DNA of 64,000 nucleotides from Calditrichales bacterium (GTDB lineage Bacteria; Calditrichota; Calditrichia; Calditrichales; J004): NCBI GenBank assembly GCA_965267575.1, contig OZ254086.1, positions 1,632,001 to 1,696,000 of the forward strand, read 5' to 3'. Shown piece by piece: positions 56,954 to 64,000 of this stretch (position 1 is its first letter; each line of letters starts with the position of its first letter). The notes under the pieces were generated by a model. It saw only the letters and a program-made list of their open reading frames with translations, ran no database searches and was not told where the DNA came from. The position numbers and the translations under genes were made by a program.

Positions 56954-58572
56954 AAAAGATCATTTTTGCATTGCTGTGCGCCGGGCTTATCGGCGCGTTT
57001 GCCGCGGAACCACGGCCGGATGTTATAAAGCGCGACTTCACTGCGCGCGCGGAAGCCAAGCCGGGCCAGAAGCTGGTCATAAACGATCTGAACGCGGACG
57101 TGGAAATCACGGGTGGCAGCTCCAATGCCATTGAAGCGAAGCTGACCTATCGTTTTGCAGGCGCCAACCCGGAGCGTGTTGAGAGCTATTTTAAAGAGGT
57201 CTCGTTTGAGCTTATCGAAAAGGCCGGCGGGTATGAGCTCGTGCTTGACGCACCGGACACCGATTGGCTTGAAGGCAACGGCGGTTTTTTCCAGAAGCTG
57301 TTCAGCGTCTTTGACGAGATCAGCTACTCCGTGCACCGCGAGTTGACGGTTACCGTGCCCGCGCAAAGTGATATTGAACTGGACAATGGCTATGGCATGG
57401 TTTATCTGCGCAACATCAACGGAAAGCTGGATGTGAGCAACACATCGGGCGACATGGTGGTTGAAAATTGCGCCGGTCAGGGTCTTCTCAACAACCGCTA
57501 CGCGGAAATACGCGTCTCCGGATTTGACGGTGACCTGAATGTTTTGGGAACGAGCGCCGACGCGCGGATAGAAAACGTTTCGGGCAATCTCAATGTGGAG
57601 TCTTCCTACAAACCGTTGTGCATCCGCAAGATTGGCGGAAAACTGACCGTCAAAGCGCAAAGCGCGGATATCACTGTTTTTGGAGTCGGCGACGAGGCGA
57701 TTGTTGAGAACAACTATAAAGCCGTAAAAGTGGACAGCGTGAGGGGCAATCTGTTCATCCGCGGCTCCAGCTGTGACCTGGAGATAAATGCTGTGGCCGG
57801 CGATTTGTCCGTTGAAGGCGCCTACAAGCCGATGCGTATCACGCGGGTAGAAGGCAATCTGGACATTAACGCTACCTCTGCCGATTGCTTTGTCCGCGAT
57901 GTGAAGGGTAATGCCTACATCTATAATGAGTACAAAGACATCGAACTGCGACGGGTGGCCGGCGATGCCATTATCGAATCAAAGTCCAGCGCCGTTACCG
58001 TGGACGATGTGAGCGGACAAACGGTCATCGATGCTTCATACAAACCGTTGTATCTCTCCAACCTGCAGGGCCCGCTGGAAATCCGCGCCAATTCCGCGGA
58101 TATCAACATGAACCGCATTAACGGCAATGTGAACATCCGCAACTCCTACAAGCCGATCAAGGGCGAGCAGATAAAGGGCTGGGCCAAAATTGACGGGGAA
58201 TCGTGCGACGTAATCCTAAGCGATGTGGACGGTGATGTCAATGTGCGCAATAACTACAAATATGTTATCTTAAAAGGCACCGCGGGATCGATTTATGTGG
58301 AAGGGAACAGCAGTCCGGTTGAGATCAGCAATATCAGGCGGTTGCCGGAAAACGGAGAGATAATTATTTCCACGCAATACAAGCCCGTAACGCTGCAGCT
58401 CCCCGCGGACAGCCGCGTGCACGTGACCGCCAACAGCCGCCATGGTAAAATACGCTCGGAGTTTCCTGTTTACCTGGCCGATGAAGAGGTTGCCGCGCCC
58501 CGGGCCAAAAGCGGTGAAACCAAAATAGAAATCGAGACTACGGCCGATATCAGCATTACCAAAGCGCCGTAA
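56950..58572 (+). CDS. DUF4097-like secreted beta-solenoid repeat protein
   Basis: Signal peptide; VTVPA; regular 36-aa repeats; ANSRHGKIRSEFP. Confidence 0.8.
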   Translation: MKKIIFALLCAGLIGAFAAEPRPDVIKRDFTARAEAKPGQKLVINDLNADVEITGGSSNAIEAKLTYRFAGANPERVESYFKEVSFELIEKAGGYELVLDAPDTDWLEGNGGFFQKLFSVFDEISYSVHRELTVTVPAQSDIELDNGYGMVYLRNINGKLDVSNTSGDMVVENCAGQGLLNNRYAEIRVSGFDGDLNVLGTSADARIENVSGNLNVESSYKPLCIRKIGGKLTVKAQSADITVFGVGDEAIVENNYKAVKVDSVRGNLFIRGSSCDLEINAVAGDLSVEGAYKPMRITRVEGNLDINATSADCFVRDVKGNAYIYNEYKDIELRRVAGDAIIESKSSAVTVDDVSGQTVIDASYKPLYLSNLQGPLEIRANSADINMNRINGNVNIRNSYKPIKGEQIKGWAKIDGESCDVILSDVDGDVNVRNNYKYVILKGTAGSIYVEGNSSPVEISNIRRLPENGEIIISTQYKPVTLQLPADSRVHVTANSRHGKIRSEFPVYLADEEVAAPRAKSGETKIEIETTADISITKAP

Positions 58573-58604
58573 AAAAAAAGCACGGTCAATGAGGCCGTGC
58601 TTTT
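58573..58604. terminator. Bidirectional intrinsic terminator
   Basis: A-run-GCACGG-TCAATGAGG-CCGTGC-TTTT between convergent genes. Confidence 0.85.
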
Positions 58605-58617
58605 GCATATTTTCCTG

Positions 58618-61086
58618 TTATTTCAATAAAAGCATTTTTTTGCTGATTGTTTTGGCTGCCGTGGTCAGGCGGTATATATAGAGTCCGCTGGCAAGGTGAT
58701 CTCCGCGAAAGGTGACGGCGTGTTGCCCGGCTTTTACACTTTGATTAAGCAGCTGAGCCACTTCCCGACCGAGCATGTCATAAACAGCCAGATCGACGCG
58801 CGTGCTCTTGTTTATGCTGAATTCAATGGTCGTTTGCGGATTAAAGGGATTCGGATAATTGTCAAAAAGGGTTATCTGCTGCGGAACAAAGGATGGCACA
58901 TCATCCAGGCCAACCGGATAGGTGTCGATATGTGTTAATCTTGAGGTTCCTGTAAGCCCGGCACTATTGTAATCACCGGCAATAATAATTCCCTGGTCAG
59001 AAACAATCAGCTCGCGCACCACCGCATTTGCCTGTTCATTATTCAGGCTGATTGTTGTGGGGCGCGGGTTTCCTCCAACGGAATCGATCACAGCAAATCC
59101 GTTGCGCACGCTCTCGCCAAGACGATTAAACGATCCACCCACATGAATTTCTTCACCACGCTGGAAAATAGCGTAGACCGTTCCGCGGGAGCTGTTGCCG
59201 TTAAATTCCAGCAGAAACTGTGGTGCAACATCACCCTTCAGGCTATAGTCAGACAGCGAAAAGGCCGCAAAGCTGGCCTGATCCTTTCCGGCCACTTCGG
59301 AAAAATTTCCCCCGATATAGAGCGTATTGCCATAAGCCATAAGCGTGTTGGGCGAACTGTTAGGTTCGGGATTCAGGGCATTGGCGTTTCCGCTGACTAT
59401 ATCGACGCCGGCGACATATTTACGGCTTTGCCCGCCAATGTTGTTAAACCAGCCGGCAACGTAAAGCGTGTTGTCGTGCAAGGACATGGAGCGCACGCTG
59501 GATTGCGGCTGAGGGTCCCAGCTTTCCAGGTTTCCTGACGCGTCAAAGGAAACGAGATAGCCGCGTTCCTGCCCACCGATTTCGTTAAAGCCCCCGCCAA
59601 CAAAAAGACGATTGTTGCCGTAGGCCAGGGCCTCCACCGTTGAGTTGGGCTCAGGTGCCCAGTCGGTCAGGCTGCCGTCGGACAGGTTAATGGAGGCCAG
59701 GTTTCTGCGTTCCTCACCGTTGATGTTCCAGAAGCTGCCGCCGATGTAAAGAGTTTGGTCCACCACAATCACGTCGTTTATACGACCGCTCAGCTCTATG
59801 GAAATATCCAGCAGTTTGCTATCGGCTATGTTAAACGCTGCCAAACCTTCCCGCGAAGCACCATTCATTAGCCGGAAGCGGCCGCCGGCAAAAAGCGTCT
59901 CTTCATCATGCGCCAGAACGGTGCCGCGATATCCGGCAACAGGGTTCCAGTCGGTAACACTGCCATCTGTCATTGAAACGGCGCCAAGATAGTTGCGGTC
60001 CATACCGCCCAGTTGCTTAAAGTCACCCGCTACAAACATGGTGTTGTCATAAACGCTGAAACTTTCGATTAGGGTTTCAAAACCGCCGACCTGCGGAGCC
60101 CAATCGAGAAAACTGTTATTGTTTATGTCCCATGCAGCCAGACAGGTGCGGCTCGTTTCATTTACGCTGCTATAGCCGCCGGCCATGTACAAGACATTGT
60201 TTATGATTTCAATGTCGTAAAGTCCCGCCGGTCCCTCTTCCTGGTAAAAATCGAATTTCAGCGCAGTCACTTTTTCGCTTTCCATATCTATTTGCGCGAA
60301 ATATTCACGGCTGGAGTCGGCGATTCCGACAAAACTGCCCGCAAGAAAAAGCCGGCCATCATGGACAATACCGTCGAAAATAATCTGATCGCCGAAGTTG
60401 GTTTGCCCGTTTTGCGGGTCCCAGTCTGTGGCCATGCCCGAAACGGTATCAAGCTCTGCCATGCTAAAGCGGTCCTGGCCGCCGATGTTGGTAAAAATAC
60501 CGAGAACCAGCAAAGTCGATTCCCGCGGCAAGATCTTATGCACAGTACCGTTAAAGCTGTAGCGCACCGCCTGCGGGTCCCAATCCGTAAGCTCAAGACT
60601 GTCCAGGCTGAAGCAGGCCAGCCCCATGCGATCAATGCTGTCCACCATTGTAAAATCGCCGCCGATGTAAAGCCGGTTATCCCATAACAACATGCTGCGG
60701 ACTTCACCCCCCTCAATACGCGGCGTCCAGTCATCCAGGGTGCCATCTCCGGTTACATGAACGAGACCGAACTTCTGCTGCTCAGCGGCGCTGATAAAGT
60801 CTCCGGCAACGTACCAACCTCCATTGCCGTCGCTGATGGCCGCGGTGACATTTCCGTTTATTTTAGGATAATTGTCCAGCCAGTTTCCAATATTAAGATC
60901 AAAGAAAGCAGCCCCGCCGCTATAGGGACCAACGACATCAAAACCGCCGGCCATGTAAAGCGTGTTATCGACCAGCTCAATATCATTGGGAGTGGTGTTT
61001 GGGATATACAGCTCCTTGTTCACCTGGGCGTTTGCGGCTTGTACAAAAAGCAGCGTAATACAAAAAATCAAAGTGTTACAAAACAT
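58618..61086 (-). CDS. Secreted beta-propeller repeat protein with a T9SS type-A-like C-terminal sorting domain
   Basis: Signal peptide; about 50-aa repeats LY.GG.F..+.G..R..LA...G....W.P; tail LFDNYPNPFNP..YDMLGREV..SGLYIYRL..KKMLLLK; GGAGG RBS before ATG 61086. Confidence 0.82.
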   Translation of the reverse strand: MFCNTLIFCITLLFVQAANAQVNKELYIPNTTPNDIELVDNTLYMAGGFDVVGPYSGGAAFFDLNIGNWLDNYPKINGNVTAAISDGNGGWYVAGDFISAAEQQKFGLVHVTGDGTLDDWTPRIEGGEVRSMLLWDNRLYIGGDFTMVDSIDRMGLACFSLDSLELTDWDPQAVRYSFNGTVHKILPRESTLLVLGIFTNIGGQDRFSMAELDTVSGMATDWDPQNGQTNFGDQIIFDGIVHDGRLFLAGSFVGIADSSREYFAQIDMESEKVTALKFDFYQEEGPAGLYDIEIINNVLYMAGGYSSVNETSRTCLAAWDINNNSFLDWAPQVGGFETLIESFSVYDNTMFVAGDFKQLGGMDRNYLGAVSMTDGSVTDWNPVAGYRGTVLAHDEETLFAGGRFRLMNGASREGLAAFNIADSKLLDISIELSGRINDVIVVDQTLYIGGSFWNINGEERRNLASINLSDGSLTDWAPEPNSTVEALAYGNNRLFVGGGFNEIGGQERGYLVSFDASGNLESWDPQPQSSVRSMSLHDNTLYVAGWFNNIGGQSRKYVAGVDIVSGNANALNPEPNSSPNTLMAYGNTLYIGGNFSEVAGKDQASFAAFSLSDYSLKGDVAPQFLLEFNGNSSRGTVYAIFQRGEEIHVGGSFNRLGESVRNGFAVIDSVGGNPRPTTISLNNEQANAVVRELIVSDQGIIIAGDYNSAGLTGTSRLTHIDTYPVGLDDVPSFVPQQITLFDNYPNPFNPQTTIEFSINKSTRVDLAVYDMLGREVAQLLNQSVKAGQHAVTFRGDHLASGLYIYRLTTAAKTISKKMLLLK

Positions 61087-61194
61087 ACAATCCTCCAATC
61101 CTGATTGCTTCGAATGGAAGACAAAATTTTAGCGGGGCGGGCTGAACGAGTTGACGAAACCCGAAATCATACCTCTTCCATGTTATGGCTATAT

Positions 61195-61328
61195 GCTCAA
61201 AGTTTGTGCCAGCGCTATGCCCGGATGTGTAAGTTATTGTTTTTTAACAGATAACTCCATCATAGTTTTTTTTAATGTTGTACATTTGCAACATCCGAAT
61301 GAGCAAAAAGTGTCGGCCTTTCACGACA
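61195..61328 (-). promoter_or_regulatory. sigma54-type promoter with IHF-like site and two upstream palindromes
   Basis: CTGGCACA-AACT-TTGA at 61197-61212; AAACAATAACTTA near 61230-61242; TGTTG-N8-CAACA at 61276-61293; TGTCG-N8-CGACA at 61311-61328. Confidence 0.62.
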
Positions 61329-61330
61329 CA

Positions 61331-63997
61331 TCAGCGCAGCGTAATCAGCAGCGTTTCAATTGACGCCGGGCCGGCAGTGAATGCAAAAAGGTGTTTGTGC
61401 TCCAGTGCCAGCTTCCCGGTTTCATTTTCCAGCAGATCCGCTTTAGAAACTTTGCTCAGCGCACGCCGCGTACGGGCGCTCACCAAAAGGTTTTTGGAAC
61501 TGCGGTTGTAAACGCGCACAACAAACTGTTTGCGCTTTTTGCCGCTCTTTAGTGCGCTTATTTGTATCTCCGGCCGGTCAAAAGCGATTACCGGCGTGGC
61601 GGGCAATTGCCTTCCAGGCGCGCCTGTGAGGGTCTGGCTGTAAAGGGGAACAGCATACTCATACGCCACACGATGGGCCTGCTCCGGCTGCATGTTTTTG
61701 GCGAAAGGGACCAGGCTGTATTCAAACGTATGGCTGCCGGGGCATTGCGCTTCCGGTGTAGCCAGTTGTGGACCGGCCTGGGCCACGCGCGTTATGTAAT
61801 CATTGCGTGAGAGAATACCCACACAGCGCAGCAGCGTAAGGGCAATCGCCGAATTTTCTTTTTGATGAATTATCTCATATTCAGGGAGGCCGCGGTTAGC
61901 CAGCAGCAATCCCTTTTCTTTCTTGTTAATGTAGACATAAGCGTTGTTGTGCCGCGTGCCGTAATATTCAAAACGGTTCTTAGCGTCGGGACGTTTATCG
62001 AAATGTGCCGGGCGTTCGATTGTGCCAAAGTGGCCGTCAGCGTAGGCCTTGCTAGCTTTAAATCCCGCAGGAAACAGAACCCTGAGCCTGTGATCTTCGG
62101 CTTTGTTGTCAAAGTGTGTCTTAAAATCTATACGCGGCTGATTGTGATACAGCGTGATTTCAGTTTGCAGCCGGCAACCAACATTCGCCTGTGAACGACG
62201 CGCTCTTTTAGTGTGCAGCTTTTGGGGCAAAAGCCACGCATATGTCAGCCGCATGGTTACGGCCAGCGGTCCGACCACCGGAAAATCAATTTTATCCGGC
62301 TTTTGGCGCAGCAGCAGGCGCTTGCCCTTTTCCACCCAGGAGTAGGTATATTCGTCGCCGGCATCCTCGCAATCTTCAAATAAATTACAATCTTCGTAAA
62401 CCTGGCCGTTGCGCTTATCGGTAATCGTCAGCGTACCGTCTTTTGCGAGCTGAACTTTAAAGAAAGCGTTTTCGATTCTATCCTCGCCATGGCGCAACGT
62501 AGAGTGAGGCAATCCCGCCTTTTCTTTGAGGGGTGCGACAGACAGCATACGCCAGCCACAGGATGGAACCGAGCGGGCGGCAAGAAGCACTTTAACCCTG
62601 CGGTAACGGGCTTCGCTTAATACCTCCATGCGGTAAAGCGCCTCATCGGAAATGACCTGGTGCGGCAGCACATCGCCATTTTCATCCATGATGTGCCATT
62701 TTGAAATATCGGCCTGCGACAATGAAGACGGCAACAGCAGTTCGCATTCGGCCAGATCGGTATTGTCCCAGTTAAGCGGGTTAAACAGAAAAAGCGTGCG
62801 CGCTTCCGGATCACCGTTCATATCACTTCGGAATGCATCGAGCACGGCCTGCTCGCAGACATAGCGCCCAATTTGCTGTACTTTCTCAAAAAGTGTCACA
62901 TTCTCGCGGTGTACTTCATCCACGCTGCAGCCACAAATGTCATCATGCGGATGGTTTTTGAGCAGCGTTTTCCAGGCGTTTTGAATAAACGCAGAATAAT
63001 CCGCCCCGTTGTAAAGACGGCATAAAAGTGCCAGCGGCTCGGCATAACGCTCCAGCAGATTCTGGCAGGCATAATTGGCCTGCTTCAGATAGATCCGGGC
63101 AGAATAAACGCTCAGCAAAATAGGGTGGTGATAATTGCCGATCAGTTCTCCGCTGTGGGTTTTAAGGTTACCCGAATGCTTTTCAACTTCGTCAATAAAA
63201 TCGGCAAAAGTGCCGTGGCGCAGTTCAATGTCACTTTGCACTTTGTTGCAGGCTTTTATCAGTTTGGGTGTTTGCGGCTGCGGTGGCAAATGATCAATGC
63301 CGTTGTTTAGCAGGATAGCCGGTGTTTGCGCCAGCGGTTTTAAATTATTCAGCGTTTTTTGCAGGTTCTGCAAAGCAACCTCTTCATCCGGTTCGCTGAA
63401 GCGGTAATCGCCAAAGTCATATTCAAAGCCCCAGCAGGCCAGGTTGCCGTAAATGTCGCGTTGGTTAATTGAAAGGATGCGGCTGCCGTCCGGGCCTTCC
63501 CAGAAAAAATCTGTGCCCAGCTTTTCGATTTCTTTGCCCATGCCTCGGGAAAAGATAAAGGAGCGCAGTCCGCTTTTTTTCAGTATTTGCGGCAACTGGG
63601 CAATATGTCCAAAAGGATCGGGTACATAGCCTTCCCGCATTGTAGCTCCAAATTCTTCGGCGATGGCCATACCCATTTGCAGGTTGCGAACAAGGGCTTC
63701 ACCGCTCACCAGAAATTCATCGGGCAGAATATACCATGGCCCTACGTGCAGCCTGCCGGACTTTACCAGTTTTTTTAATCTCTCTTTATTTTCCGGCTTT
63801 ACTTCCAGGTAATCCTCAAGAACAACGGTTTGGCCGTCCAGCACAAAGGCTTGGTAGTCAGAATCGTTTTCCAGGATTTCCAGCAACTGGTCGATGGTTT
63901 GCACAAGCCGCACGCGAAACCACTCAAACGGCCAGTACCAGGCCCGGTCCCAGTGCGTGTGTGAAACAACAAATCCTGTAAGCTTTTTCTCAGACAT
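61331..63997 (-). CDS. Glycoside hydrolase family 38 alpha-mannosidase (MngB-like)
   Basis: SHTHWDRAW, LDGQ, GPWY..PDEF, PDPFGH, NGIDH, HPHDDICGCS, TLLR.VG. Confidence 0.92.
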   Translation of the reverse strand: MSEKKLTGFVVSHTHWDRAWYWPFEWFRVRLVQTIDQLLEILENDSDYQAFVLDGQTVVLEDYLEVKPENKERLKKLVKSGRLHVGPWYILPDEFLVSGEALVRNLQMGMAIAEEFGATMREGYVPDPFGHIAQLPQILKKSGLRSFIFSRGMGKEIEKLGTDFFWEGPDGSRILSINQRDIYGNLACWGFEYDFGDYRFSEPDEEVALQNLQKTLNNLKPLAQTPAILLNNGIDHLPPQPQTPKLIKACNKVQSDIELRHGTFADFIDEVEKHSGNLKTHSGELIGNYHHPILLSVYSARIYLKQANYACQNLLERYAEPLALLCRLYNGADYSAFIQNAWKTLLKNHPHDDICGCSVDEVHRENVTLFEKVQQIGRYVCEQAVLDAFRSDMNGDPEARTLFLFNPLNWDNTDLAECELLLPSSLSQADISKWHIMDENGDVLPHQVISDEALYRMEVLSEARYRRVKVLLAARSVPSCGWRMLSVAPLKEKAGLPHSTLRHGEDRIENAFFKVQLAKDGTLTITDKRNGQVYEDCNLFEDCEDAGDEYTYSWVEKGKRLLLRQKPDKIDFPVVGPLAVTMRLTYAWLLPQKLHTKRARRSQANVGCRLQTEITLYHNQPRIDFKTHFDNKAEDHRLRVLFPAGFKASKAYADGHFGTIERPAHFDKRPDAKNRFEYYGTRHNNAYVYINKKEKGLLLANRGLPEYEIIHQKENSAIALTLLRCVGILSRNDYITRVAQAGPQLATPEAQCPGSHTFEYSLVPFAKNMQPEQAHRVAYEYAVPLYSQTLTGAPGRQLPATPVIAFDRPEIQISALKSGKKRKQFVVRVYNRSSKNLLVSARTRRALSKVSKADLLENETGKLALEHKHLFAFTAGPASIETLLITLR

Positions 63998-64000
63998 TAC

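Overview
Bacterial chromosomal window of about 55 genes. The 'LFDNYPNPFNP...KKMLLLK' C-terminal sorting tail, the PorV-like barrel, DUF4292, DUF2911, the VPS10-type hydrolase and the Bacteroidota-style RHS core point to an FCB-group organism, possibly Calditrichota (inference). Housekeeping and envelope blocks include YfhO/GT2/DUF4292/TPR/PBP1A, envC, nadC-nadA-nadB plus cysteine desulfurase, hsp20, sufE, phoD, dps, a PAS/GAF phosphorelay, a PIG-L/SSS cluster, trhO, an ECF sigma module and a GH38 mannosidase. The standout is a visibly AT-rich 8.5-kb array (9338-17820, all minus strand) of orphan RHS polymorphic-toxin tips and immunity genes, with no full-length RHS gene in the window. It holds four alleles of a glycine-rich hydrophobic toxin tip, each followed by a paralogous 3-TM immunity gene; a second hydrophobic toxin family with permuted duplications; and an RHS tip whose toxin domain is an M23 metallopeptidase resembling animal LECT2, followed by a lipoprotein immunity gene. 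Shared anchor blocks lie both in the RHS core and inside the post-cleavage region, implying multi-level cassette shuffling. Two sigma54-type promoters with candidate enhancer palindromes, two ECF-type promoters, REP-like repeats and a 40-aa membrane peptide missed by the ORF track were also seen. No rRNA, tRNA, CRISPR array, integrase, transposase or reverse transcriptase was recognised. All family assignments are by motif recognition, not database search.
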